DNA of 64,000 nucleotides from Bradymonadales bacterium (lineage in GTDB: Bacteria; Myxococcota_A; Bradymonadia; JAFGEP01), in NCBI GenBank assembly GCA_016931535.1, contig JAFGEP010000114.1:26412-90411 (forward strand). Reading direction: 5' to 3'. Position numbers and translations under genes: made by a program. Shown here piece after piece: positions 39,620-49,125 of this stretch; the first letter of the stretch is position 1; each line of letters begins with the position of its first letter. The notes under the pieces are model-generated. The model worked only from the letters and a program-made list of their open reading frames with translations, had not been told where the DNA came from and made no database searches.

Positions 39620-40273
39620 TTACAGGCTCTTCTTGGAGAAGTACCAGTCGACGACCTCGTACTCCGGGTGCTTCATGCGTGCCTCGGCATCCTTGGTGGT
39701 GACAGGCGAGGGTACGATGACCTTGTCGCCGGGCCTCCAGTCGGCTGGGCAAGCGACGGCGTTGGCGTCCACCGTCTGCAGGGCGTCCACCGCCCGCAGG
39801 ATCTCGTCGAAGTTCCGGCCCACGTTGAGCGGGTAGTAGATCATGGCACGCAGGCGCCGCTTGGGGTCGATGAAGAAGACGGCCCGGACCGCGGCGGTGC
39901 TGGAGCTGGCCTCGTGCACCATGTGGAAGGCCTTGGAGACCTTCATGTCCAGGTCGGCGATGATGGGGAATTGGATGTCCACATCGAACTTCTCCTTGAT
40001 GTTGCGGACCCAGGCGATGTGGCTATGCACGGAATCGATGGAGTTGCCGAGCAGGGCCACGCCGCGCTTCTCGAACTCCGCGTTCATCTTGGCGAAGGCG
40101 ATGAACTCGGTGGTGCAGACCGGGGTGAAGTCGGCCGGGTGGGAGAACAAGATCACCCACTTGTCCTTGTTCCATTCGGACAGCCTGATCTTGCCATGAG
40201 TGGTGACGGCCTCGAAATCCGGTACCGGTGCATTGAGCTCGAGCAGGGTGTACTCCTCTTTCATGGTCTCCAT
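39620..40273 (-). CDS. 1-Cys peroxiredoxin (Prx6-like)
   Basis: WVILFSHPADFTPVCTTEF peroxidatic Cys motif, and the conserved RNFDEILRAVDALQ region. Confidence 0.9.
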   Translation of the reverse strand: METMKEEYTLLELNAPVPDFEAVTTHGKIRLSEWNKDKWVILFSHPADFTPVCTTEFIAFAKMNAEFEKRGVALLGNSIDSVHSHIAWVRNIKEKFDVDIQFPIIADLDMKVSKAFHMVHEASSSTAAVRAVFFIDPKRRLRAMIYYPLNVGRNFDEILRAVDALQTVDANAVACPADWRPGDKVIVPSPVTTKDAEARMKHPEYEVVDWYFSKKSL

Positions 40274-40547
40274 CGTGTCGCTCCTTTTTTGGTGAGTTTG
40301 CCGCTGCGCGCGGCGATTTCGGGTCCTGTCGGTCGATGCTCAGTCACGCAGAGTGCGACAAACGTTACAGCCAGGGCCGGTTCTTTGGACAGCAGGAGGG
40401 CCAGTGAGCCGGCCGGTATCCCCAATTTGCAGGGAGGATACCAGAACTACCGGCCAGGTACAGCATGCTGGTTCCGTCAACGTGGATATCGATGGTGGGG
40501 CGCGACGAAAGCACCTGTTGGGCGGCGAAAACGGCGTTAACTTGAAC

Positions 40548-42920
40548 TCACTGGCCGTAACCGGACAACTGGGAGAAGGCATCGGCCAGCGTCGACCCGA
40601 GCTGGCTCCAGAGGGCCGAGAGACCCTCGAAGTCGATCTCCTCCTCGTGAGGTGAAATGGCTTCGGTGATGGCGTCGATGAGGACGCCGAAGATGTCTCC
40701 GAAGCCTTCGGCCTGTGCGATGGCCTGGGAGAACTCCTCGACCTTTGCCGAAGCCTCGGCGATCATCTCGTCGAGCATGGCGCCGTAGTCCTCGAGCCAC
40801 TCAAGGACACTGTCGACCATACCCAGGACCTCATCCAGGGCCGCAATGATGGTGGTCTTGGCAAAATCGATGGCCTGTTGAAGCTGGTCGCGTACCCATT
40901 GCATGGTCGAGGCAGCCGCATTCTGTGCCGTGTCCGACACCCATTCGGCGGCGTTTGCCAGCCAGCTATCGCCATAGTCGGACGGCTGCGGATCGGGAAT
41001 GTTGGGCAGGGTGAGGCCCAAGATGGTGTTCTTGGCCGAATCCATCCCCTCCTTGGCTCCCTCGTTGGCCTCCTTGGCCTGCTGGATGAGCTCCTGGAAT
41101 CGAGCGAATCCTGCGAGCTCCTCGCTGAACTGCTGGACACCCTCGGCGAGCTTGTTCTTCAGCCAGGTGAAGGGTTCCTCGCCTTCGGTCACCTCCATGA
41201 TCATCGACTGGATCCCTTCTCGGGCAGCATCGATGGTGCCGCTGATGCCATCGACGATCGTCTGGCCAATGCCGTACACTTCCTGGACGATGCTGAGCTC
41301 TTCCCCGACCTGGGCGGCCCCTTCGGGCAGGACCACCTCTGTTGGGCTGGCTGGTTCATCGGCAGTTTGTACGGCCTTGCGACTGATCGGCCCCGTGTAC
41401 TCCCTGCCCTCTGAGCTTGCTCCCAGGCCTCCGAACCATATGGTCAGGTTCTGAAGAATGAAGGCGTCTGCCGCTTTGGCGAACTCTTTTGCCGCTTTGG
41501 CGCCGCCCTTGGCCCCCAGGAAGAACGTTCTCAGGGTCTCGGCGTTGGAGAACCCACCGGTGCACAGGTCGAAGATGTTGACCAACGCTCCGATGGTGTC
41601 GGCGACCGCGTTACAGATGAAGTTGTTGCGGATGTTCATGAGATCCGCGTACTCGGCGGATTCGGTCGGGAAATTGGCGGCCAGCTTCTGGGCCTCCAGC
41701 GCAACGCTGATGTCAATTCCAATCGTGACGCCGCTGAGCACGCTCTGGACGATGTCCAGAACCTCGGATATCCCAGCAGTCAGAGGGGTGAACTCGACGG
41801 TGACGACGGCCACCGTGATTCCATCCTGGACGAGCTGGTCGACGTATTGAACATGCCCGATGATGTTGTTCAGGCCGTTCACTAACGTTCGCGCGATGAT
41901 CAGGGCCTCGATCGGCCCGGCTCCCTGGACCTTTCGAAGTGTTTCCAGGTACTGCCCCATCTCGATGCCATCAGCCACCGCGCCGGCGTACATCCCATAG
42001 CCGGGAACGAGTCGGCCAACTTCCAACACAGCACGCGCGACGTTGCTCTCGACGCCGCTGAAGAAGGAGTGCCAGTCGTATGCCTGGGGAGATACCCCGG
42101 CGGAGGTCACCGAGGTCTCCACCGCATACTCCTGGCCCTGTGCCACGGCGGCGCCAGCCTTGTCTGCCTCGACCTCGTGACGCCTCGCAGGTGGACCCCC
42201 TGAATCCTTGGCTTGAACGGCGCCGGTGTGCTTGGCTCCCTCTTCCTTGGCTTGAACCCGGTCGCCCTTGGCCTGTGCCGTGTCTCTCTTGGCCTGTACC
42301 GTTTCCTTCTTGGCCTGTGCCGTGTCTTTCTTGGTCTGTGCCGTGTTTTTCTTGGTCTGTGCCGTGTTTTTCTTGGTCTGTGCCGTGTCGCTGTCGGCTT
42401 GTGCCGTGTTTCTCTTGGTCTGTGCCGTGTCGCTGTCGGCTTGTGCCGTGTCTTTCTTGGTCTGTGCCGTGTCGCTGTCGGCTTGTGCCGTGTCTTTCTT
42501 GGTCTGCTTGGCTTGAACCGACGGACCTGCAGAACCCTGCTGAATCACGTGAGCCAGCTCGTGCCCCATCAGCTCGACGTCGGTTGGGCTGGCCTGGGCG
42601 GCGACGTGAATGTCGCTGCCCATGGTGACGGCCTTGGCCTGATAGGACTCGGCGACGCCATCGCCGTGATGTACGCGAACCCCGGAGAAATCGGCATGCA
42701 GAGAGTTCTCGGCCTTGGCCTGAACCGCCGAGTCCAAGGATTGCGAGGTGCCTGAGGCCTTTGGCGGTGGTACCGGCACATCCGGTTTCAACATGGCGGC
42801 CTGTTTATGGGGTGGCAAGTTGGCAAGATCCCGCTTGAACTGCGTTGTTTGAGGACGATCGGTGGTCTTTCGCTGGGCTGTGCGGGTGTGCTCGACTGAT
42901 TTGCTCTTTGACTGGTGCAT
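40548..42920 (-). CDS. DUF4157 (zincin-like HExxH) domain protein with internal KKDTAQT tandem repeats and a roughly 500-aa acidic helical C-terminal domain; effector/toxin-like
   Basis: ADFSGVRVHHGDGVAESYQAKAVTMGSDIHVAAQ...DVELMGHELAHVIQQG is the DUF4157 hallmark. No signal peptide. Start at MHQSKSKS (42920). Confidence 0.75.
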   Translation of the reverse strand: MHQSKSKSVEHTRTAQRKTTDRPQTTQFKRDLANLPPHKQAAMLKPDVPVPPPKASGTSQSLDSAVQAKAENSLHADFSGVRVHHGDGVAESYQAKAVTMGSDIHVAAQASPTDVELMGHELAHVIQQGSAGPSVQAKQTKKDTAQADSDTAQTKKDTAQADSDTAQTKRNTAQADSDTAQTKKNTAQTKKNTAQTKKDTAQAKKETVQAKRDTAQAKGDRVQAKEEGAKHTGAVQAKDSGGPPARRHEVEADKAGAAVAQGQEYAVETSVTSAGVSPQAYDWHSFFSGVESNVARAVLEVGRLVPGYGMYAGAVADGIEMGQYLETLRKVQGAGPIEALIIARTLVNGLNNIIGHVQYVDQLVQDGITVAVVTVEFTPLTAGISEVLDIVQSVLSGVTIGIDISVALEAQKLAANFPTESAEYADLMNIRNNFICNAVADTIGALVNIFDLCTGGFSNAETLRTFFLGAKGGAKAAKEFAKAADAFILQNLTIWFGGLGASSEGREYTGPISRKAVQTADEPASPTEVVLPEGAAQVGEELSIVQEVYGIGQTIVDGISGTIDAAREGIQSMIMEVTEGEEPFTWLKNKLAEGVQQFSEELAGFARFQELIQQAKEANEGAKEGMDSAKNTILGLTLPNIPDPQPSDYGDSWLANAAEWVSDTAQNAAASTMQWVRDQLQQAIDFAKTTIIAALDEVLGMVDSVLEWLEDYGAMLDEMIAEASAKVEEFSQAIAQAEGFGDIFGVLIDAITEAISPHEEEIDFEGLSALWSQLGSTLADAFSQLSGYGQ
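42200..42520. repeat. In-frame 21-bp tandem repeats (about 15 units) inside the DUF4157 gene, encoding (K/R)(K/N)DTAQ(T/A)/ADSDTAQT repeats
   Basis: ggtctgtgccgtgtttttctt / ggcttgtgccgtgtcgctgtc units are visible on the + strand. Confidence 0.75.
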
Positions 42921-43181
42921 CTTCAACTTCCGGCTGTTGACTGACCCTAAACGCCTATAAACGTAAGGTTGACTTGTCTGCTGACAATCCCGATTTGTGC
43001 GGTTTTTTTGATCGGTTGCGGTGAGCTGCTGGCAGTTGGAAGGTAAACCAGCTAACATTCAGACAGGTGGCTGTCGAGGAGGGGAAAGGCTGGGTAAAAC
43101 ACAGGGTGGGCTCAACGGAACTTTCTTCTATTTCTGTATTCTTCTTGTCGGGAATTGTGGTAATCCAAGGGGGAGCGGCAG

Positions 43182-45341
43182 ATGACGACAGCTCAATCGT
43201 TGGATGGCCAGGGCGCCCTTCGGTTCGAAAACAATCGAGAGTATATATCCTGGGAGTTCGGCAGGCTTCGGCGGCAGATGGAGGCCTACATTCGCCTCCA
43301 AAATGACCACAGTTTTGCCGATGAGTACTATGATCTTCTGGGGCGTCTGGCAGTCGAGCGACAGGTTGCCGTTCAGGCTCGGAGGGAAGCGGTGTCTCGA
43401 GGGGTATCGATTCCCTTCGAGCAGTTGTCCCGTCGTTTTCACTTGACCGGCGAGGATGAAGAGATCCTCCTGTTCTGTTTGACACCCCAGCACAGTCACA
43501 CGGTCTGGAACGTGCTCGTCGCTGCTCAGGGCAACCTGCTGAAACCCTACCTGGAGGTCGGTTTCGTTGCTGAGCGGGTGAGACCTGCAGCCGACCTGGT
43601 GACCGACAGGCCGTGGTACAAGCCCAACTCGGCTCTGGTAAGGAACGGCCTCATCATGATCGAGGCTCCAGAGGACGGAAGCTCGGCGGGTATATTGTGC
43701 CATTCGGTCCGCGTTCCCTACTTCGTGGCGTCCATCATCATGGGTCGGGATTCCCTGGAGAACCGCTTGACGGATTTCTGCGAGTTGACCTCTCCCACTA
43801 CGGAGCCCTTCGAGGTAGTGCTTCCCGAACAGACTCGACAAACGGTCGACGGGTTCATCAAGTCCTTCTACCGCGGCCAGATCCCACTCGAACTGGAGCA
43901 GAAACCGCGTACCATACTCATCAACGGGCCGGCTCAGTGTGGCAAGACGACGCTGGCCAGGTCTTTGGCCTGGGCCTTCCGTCGTCCTCAGCTCACGGTA
44001 TACCTCGATCGGCTTCCCAAGCAGTCTGATGGCGCACAGATGCTCCAGCTTGCTTTTCACAATGCGCGGCTCCTGGGGGCCATTCTGCACATGAACCGCC
44101 CGGAACAGCTCTTGGAGATCGACCCTCAGCTGATCGGTTGTCTGTGTAATTTCGTGGACCAATATCAAGGATTGGTAGTGTTCGAGTCACAGCAGCCGGA
44201 GAAATTGGGTGTTCTGCTCAAACTGGTCGATCTTGTGATACACCTCGATTATCCCGAATTTGAGGAGCGGGAGCAGCTGTGGGAGTCGCTCATTCCGCCA
44301 GATGTCCAGCTGGCCCGTTCACCCGGGCTCAAGGAGTTGGCGAGTGTGTATGAGCTGACGGGTGGCCAGATCAAGCGGGCCATCGAGTGGGCGAAGCAGC
44401 TCGCTGACGCCCGGGATGACCAGCAGGTCTACCATGACGACTTGCTGGCGGGAGCCCAGAGCCAACTGAGATCGCGGATCGGTGATTTCGCCGTGCCGAG
44501 CAAGGCGAGGCTCACCTTGGACGACCTGGTGCTTCCCCAGGGTTCGCTGGATCTCGTCAAGGAGTTGCTGCAAGCGTGCAGATATAATCAAAAGGTCATG
44601 AGCGAGTGGGGATTCAGCAAGCGTTTGGTGACCGGGCGGGGTCTGGTGGCCTTGTTCACTGGAGATCCGGGTACGGGAAAGACACTGTGTGCTGAAATTC
44701 TTGCCCAGGAATTGGGATTATCACTTCACATCGTGAGTATCCCCAAGATCGTGAGCAAATGGGTGGGGGAGACCGAGCAGCACATCCGCGAGGTGTTTCA
44801 GCAAGCCAGGGCACAGAATTCCATGCTGCTTTTCGACGAGGCCGACTCCCTTTTCAGCAAGCGGGTGCAGGTGGAGCGTTCTCAGGACCACTACTTGAAC
44901 ATGGAGGTCAACATGTTCCTCCAGGAGATCGAGCGGTTCGAAGGCATCACCTTGCTCACCACCAACCTGGAGACCAACATCGACCGCGCCTTTCAAAGGC
45001 GGATCCTCTTCAAGATCGAGTTCCTCATGCCCGGCCAGAAGGAGCGAGAGAAAATCTGGCGGAGACTCATTCCCCAGGAAACACCTCTGGAACAGGGCAT
45101 TGACTTCGAGTTTCTCGCTGAAGCGTTCGAGCTTTCGGGTGGTCAGATCAAGAATGCCATTATCCGTGCTGCCTACCAAAGCTGCGGTGATGGCGGTGTG
45201 GTATCTCAGGGGCACCTGGAGAAAGCTGCACAACAGCAAGCGAGAGCCGACGGAAAGCTGACTCGGAGCATGGAAACCATGAAAAAGGAAAGAGATGCAA
45301 AACGGGCTGGCAAGGACCTCCACCCCACAAGCAGTAAATGA
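43182..45341 (+). CDS. Double-domain AAA+ ATPase (CDC48-like), transcribed divergently from the DUF4157 gene
   Basis: D1 Walker A ILINGPAQCGKTTLARSLA. D2 ALFTGDPGTGKTLCAEILAQELGLSLHIVSIPKIVSKWVGETEQHIREVF...LLFDEADSLF (Walker B) ...TTN (sensor-1). RBS aagggggag before the ATG. Confidence 0.85.
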   Translation: MTTAQSLDGQGALRFENNREYISWEFGRLRRQMEAYIRLQNDHSFADEYYDLLGRLAVERQVAVQARREAVSRGVSIPFEQLSRRFHLTGEDEEILLFCLTPQHSHTVWNVLVAAQGNLLKPYLEVGFVAERVRPAADLVTDRPWYKPNSALVRNGLIMIEAPEDGSSAGILCHSVRVPYFVASIIMGRDSLENRLTDFCELTSPTTEPFEVVLPEQTRQTVDGFIKSFYRGQIPLELEQKPRTILINGPAQCGKTTLARSLAWAFRRPQLTVYLDRLPKQSDGAQMLQLAFHNARLLGAILHMNRPEQLLEIDPQLIGCLCNFVDQYQGLVVFESQQPEKLGVLLKLVDLVIHLDYPEFEEREQLWESLIPPDVQLARSPGLKELASVYELTGGQIKRAIEWAKQLADARDDQQVYHDDLLAGAQSQLRSRIGDFAVPSKARLTLDDLVLPQGSLDLVKELLQACRYNQKVMSEWGFSKRLVTGRGLVALFTGDPGTGKTLCAEILAQELGLSLHIVSIPKIVSKWVGETEQHIREVFQQARAQNSMLLFDEADSLFSKRVQVERSQDHYLNMEVNMFLQEIERFEGITLLTTNLETNIDRAFQRRILFKIEFLMPGQKEREKIWRRLIPQETPLEQGIDFEFLAEAFELSGGQIKNAIIRAAYQSCGDGGVVSQGHLEKAAQQQARADGKLTRSMETMKKERDAKRAGKDLHPTSSK

Positions 45342-45433
45342 GGCTCAATGAATGATCGGGTAAATCGTGCAGGTTCCGCTTTTCGTGGTCAGCCTGTCTG
45401 CTCTTTTTCGAAGCGTTGCTATCAGCTGGCGCT

Positions 45434-47893
45434 TCACGAGTGGGGAGTCAGCTCCAGGCGAACCTGCCGGAAATCGCCCACGACCAGGCGGTTTTCCCGC
45501 ACTTCGGCTGGAGCGCCGTCCACGACAGCGCTCTTCAGCTCGGCGCCGTGGAGGACCACCTGGGCATTGGAGTGGTCGGGGTCGAACTCACCTCGGCTGG
45601 AACGCTCGAGCAGCAGCGTGTCGCCCTGGCGCATAAGCTGGAAGCGATCGAGCCGGAACGGGCCGTACCCGTCGCCGGCGTCGCGGTAGAGCGATCCCGA
45701 TTCCTGGGCGGAAGGCTCACCGGTTGCGCCGACCGGTACCCCCTCCTGCGCATGGTTGCTCGATTCGTTGCCCTCAGGAAGCGGTGCATAGAGGTGCAGA
45801 ACCAGGCGATCCGCTTTTTCGGTGGGGAGAACCGCGCCGCTTCGGACGAAAAGGCCGATCCGCTCCAGCGGGGTATCCACCTGATGGGGGCCGGGGCCAG
45901 AGAGTAGGCGGTCGTTCCAGAAGCTGTACCAATCGCCGTTCGGGAAGAGCACCTGCCGGCGCTGGCAGCCGGGTTGGAGGACCGGGGCGACGAGCAGCGA
46001 GGGCCCCAGCAAGAAGGTATCGTCGATGGTCCAGTGCTGCGGCGACTCGGGTTGCTCCCAGAACAGGGGGCGCACCAGCGGGTGGCCGGTCTGGCTGGCC
46101 TGGTAGGCCAGGGTGTAGAGGTAGGGGAGCAACCGGTAGCGAAGAGACAGAAACTCTCGGAGGATGGCCTGGGTGGCGGTGCTGTGGCACCAGGGCTCGC
46201 GATGGGCGGTGAAGCCGGCCGAATGGACACGAAAGAACGGTAGCAATGCGGCCAGCTGGAACCAGCGCACGAACAGCTCCTCGTCGGGGTTTCCGCTGAA
46301 CCCTCCGATATCGGGCCCGCTGTAGGGTACACCCGACAACCCCATCGACAGGGCGATGCGGAGGGACTGAGCCAGACTCCACCAGTTGGTCTCGCAATCG
46401 CCGGTCCAGGTCCAGGCATAGCGCTGCAGGCCGGCCCAGCCCGACCGGGTCAAAAGCCAGGGCCGCCGGTCGGGTCGCAACCGCTGCAAAGCCTGGAACG
46501 CGGACTGGCATTCCAGCTGGCCGTAGAGATTGTGGGCCTCCAGGTGATCTCCCCCTCTTTTCTCCAGGTCATGGCGAGTCACGGTAGGCAGAGTGGTGGC
46601 GCCCCAGGCGGTGAAGGCGGCCGGCTCGTTCATGTCGTGCCAGAAGCCGTGGGCGCCCTGCTCCAGGAGAAACTCGTACTGCTCGCCCCACCAGTCTCGC
46701 ACCTCGGGGTCGGTGAAGTCGGGGAACAGGCAGTTACCGGGCCAGACCGGCGCCACCACCGGCTCGCCGCCGGGCAGCTTGCAGAAGGTGCCGCGGGCTA
46801 TACCGTCCTGGTAGAGGTCGTAGGCGGGATCCCGCTTCACCCCCGGGTCGAGGATCACGACCGTGTGGATGCCCTTGGCGGCCAGCTCGGCGGTCAGTCC
46901 AGGCAGGTCGGGGAAGCGCTGGCCATCCACCGTGAACACCCGGTAGCCGTCCATGTAATGGATGTCGAGGTGCACGGCGCTCAGTGGCAGCCGGTGGTCC
47001 GAAAATCCCTGCACCAGGTCTCTGACCTCCCCCTCGTCTCGATAGCTCCAGCGAGACTGGTGGAACCCCAGCGCCCATCGGGGGGGCAACGGCGGCCGTC
47101 CGGTGAGCTCGCCATAGCACTCCAGCAGGCGCGCCGGGGGGCCGACCGCCAGGTAGTATCGCAGAGCGCCGCCCTCGAACGAGGCGTGGACTTCGTCGCT
47201 GAAGGAGATGGTGGCATCGAACGGGTTCTCGAAGAAGGTGAGGTGGCTCCCCCCGGGATGGATGGCCAGGTAGACGGGGATGCCGATGTAGAGGGGGTCG
47301 TCGCCGGGTCCATACTGTCCCTTGGGCTCCCGGTTCCACATCCGGAATCGGCCGCCTTTCAGGTCGAGTGGTGCCGTGCGTTCACCCAGCCCGAAGTAGT
47401 GGTCGTCGGGATTGGCCTCAAAGCGGGCCAGCCAGCGGCCGCCGGTGTGTTTCGGGGGGAGATCGTGGCGGAGCAGGGATCCCTCGGGTCGGATCCAACG
47501 CAAGGATCCATCGGTGCCGAGCTGCAGGGTGATCTCTGCGGTATCCAGTCTCCAGCCATCGGGGGTCTCGGTTGTCTTTACCGGCACATCCGCCCACTCT
47601 GTTCTCTGGATGGCGTAGGGGATGGGGAGAGATCCCGGTTGCCAGGTGATCCGGACGAAATCTGGTGCCAGAAAGCGGATCTCCAGCTCGGACTCGGCAT
47701 AGTGGCAGCGAAGGCCGCTGGATTCAGGCGTCAGGCTGATAAGCGGTCCGGGCTCCGATGAGGGGGCAGGCCGCGGCTTGTTTCGACCGGCCCGCCGTTC
47801 CAGGGCGCCCAGTCGGATGGTGTACCTCAGGGCGGCGACCAGGTTGCTCCACCCGATGTAGCTCAGCCCTCTGATCTTGGAGAGAAGGTCCAT
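45434..47893 (-). CDS. Glycoside hydrolase family 31 (alpha-glucosidase/alpha-xylosidase-like)
   Basis: GFWHDMNEPAAF (catalytic nucleophile region WiDMNEp), and RPWLLTRSGWAGLQRYAWTWTGD (the general acid/base region). Confidence 0.85.
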   Translation of the reverse strand: MDLLSKIRGLSYIGWSNLVAALRYTIRLGALERRAGRNKPRPAPSSEPGPLISLTPESSGLRCHYAESELEIRFLAPDFVRITWQPGSLPIPYAIQRTEWADVPVKTTETPDGWRLDTAEITLQLGTDGSLRWIRPEGSLLRHDLPPKHTGGRWLARFEANPDDHYFGLGERTAPLDLKGGRFRMWNREPKGQYGPGDDPLYIGIPVYLAIHPGGSHLTFFENPFDATISFSDEVHASFEGGALRYYLAVGPPARLLECYGELTGRPPLPPRWALGFHQSRWSYRDEGEVRDLVQGFSDHRLPLSAVHLDIHYMDGYRVFTVDGQRFPDLPGLTAELAAKGIHTVVILDPGVKRDPAYDLYQDGIARGTFCKLPGGEPVVAPVWPGNCLFPDFTDPEVRDWWGEQYEFLLEQGAHGFWHDMNEPAAFTAWGATTLPTVTRHDLEKRGGDHLEAHNLYGQLECQSAFQALQRLRPDRRPWLLTRSGWAGLQRYAWTWTGDCETNWWSLAQSLRIALSMGLSGVPYSGPDIGGFSGNPDEELFVRWFQLAALLPFFRVHSAGFTAHREPWCHSTATQAILREFLSLRYRLLPYLYTLAYQASQTGHPLVRPLFWEQPESPQHWTIDDTFLLGPSLLVAPVLQPGCQRRQVLFPNGDWYSFWNDRLLSGPGPHQVDTPLERIGLFVRSGAVLPTEKADRLVLHLYAPLPEGNESSNHAQEGVPVGATGEPSAQESGSLYRDAGDGYGPFRLDRFQLMRQGDTLLLERSSRGEFDPDHSNAQVVLHGAELKSAVVDGAPAEVRENRLVVGDFRQVRLELTPHS

Positions 47894-48087
47894 GGGACAT
47901 CTCGCTTTGGCGGAAAGGGTCCAAGGATAGCAGGATAGACGCCGGGGGCCACGCTCCCAACCCCGCGCCGATCACCCCACCCGCTGTGGCTCGCCATCTC
48001 GATCCGGAAGAGCAGCTCCATGGGGAACCTCGCGAAAAAGACAGCGCGGTGGGATGTCGGATCACCAACGCCTTGAGCCCCGGCTGG

Positions 48088-48894
48088 CTACTGGGAGGTC
48101 AGCGTGACCCGGGTGGCGGTGTAGGTTCCGATAAAATGCCAGGCGTCTTCCCTCCCGTCCTCATCGGTGTCCAGGTCCATCGGGATCTGCATGGTGTTGA
48201 AGAAGGTGACGAAGTCGCTGCCCATGATGGAGATCTGAGCGGCGTCCTCGGCAGTCAGGGCACCGTCCAGGACCCCCTCGGCGATGGCCGATCCGTCGGC
48301 CTCGAACCACCCAGACAGATGAAGGAACTTGATGGGCAAGGTGGGCGGGTCCAGCAGGTCGTTGGGGAACACCAGCGAGGCGGGTTCGATCGTATGGAAG
48401 TAGCGCCCCGACAGGTTGCACCCCAGCTCGCTCGTCTCGTCCGAGAAGGAGTAGGACTCGCCCGAGGCCTCCCCGGAGCCGATCACCAGGCCAAGCTCGC
48501 CATTGGTGCGGTTGTCTTCGCTCACCTGGATCAAGACGTTGAGCAGTCCGTCACCGATCTGCTCGGAAAAGTAGCTGTTGAGGCTATCTCCCATGAACCC
48601 CGTGAGGGGGGCGGTGAGGATCAAGCTGTCGAAGCGGTATCCCATCGAGGTCAGGTCATCGGCGGTCATCTGGCCGTAGTCGGCCTGCTGGCTGTCGCCC
48701 GTGCCGGCATCGCACGACGGGCAGGGGCCGCAGTCCACGATCACGACGGGGGTGTTGGGCCGGAGTGGGTCGCCGGGCAGTGCGGATTGACCCATTCCGG
48801 TGTACTGCTCGTCGATCCCGCATACCGACAACAACATGGCCAGGAGCAAGGATCCTGCCACAAGCAGGGCCACAGGAAAAAGCCGGTGGTGCAT
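48088..48894 (-). CDS. Acidic secreted lipoprotein of unknown function
   Basis: MHHRLFPVALLVAGSLLLAMLLSVCG lipobox, CGPCPSCDAG motif. Confidence 0.55.
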   Translation of the reverse strand: MHHRLFPVALLVAGSLLLAMLLSVCGIDEQYTGMGQSALPGDPLRPNTPVVIVDCGPCPSCDAGTGDSQQADYGQMTADDLTSMGYRFDSLILTAPLTGFMGDSLNSYFSEQIGDGLLNVLIQVSEDNRTNGELGLVIGSGEASGESYSFSDETSELGCNLSGRYFHTIEPASLVFPNDLLDPPTLPIKFLHLSGWFEADGSAIAEGVLDGALTAEDAAQISIMGSDFVTFFNTMQIPMDLDTDEDGREDAWHFIGTYTATRVTLTSQ

Positions 48895-49019
48895 CGCGGT
48901 TCTCCCCTCGGGTTGCGACCGGAGATAGGGACACTCAACCAGGGGTTTGGGCGCAAGTCAACGGTCTGTTGTCGAGGGAAGGGTGATAGGGCGCCTTTGG
49001 GGGCATCCCGCCCAGCATT

Positions 49020-49125
49020 TCGCGAATATTGGAAATTTTACACCATTGCGTTTGACAAACTAATCCTTATCATTAAACAAACTGCCGAGTATATACGGCA
49101 TATTGTTTTATAAAAGACGAGGTTC
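49020..49125 (+). promoter_or_regulatory. Strongly AT-rich island upstream of the second DUF4157 gene, with sigma70-like hexamers (TTGACA at about 49053; TATCAT at about 49068; TATAAA at about 49109)
   Basis: cgcgaatattggaaattttacaccattgcgtttgacaaactaatccttatcattaaacaaactgccgagtatatacggcatattgttttataaaagacgagg is far below the genomic GC. Confidence 0.5.

Noticed and set aside
43128-44168. 346-aa minus-strand ORF
   Set aside because: It is antisense to the AAA+ ATPase gene, whose Walker motifs are unambiguous.
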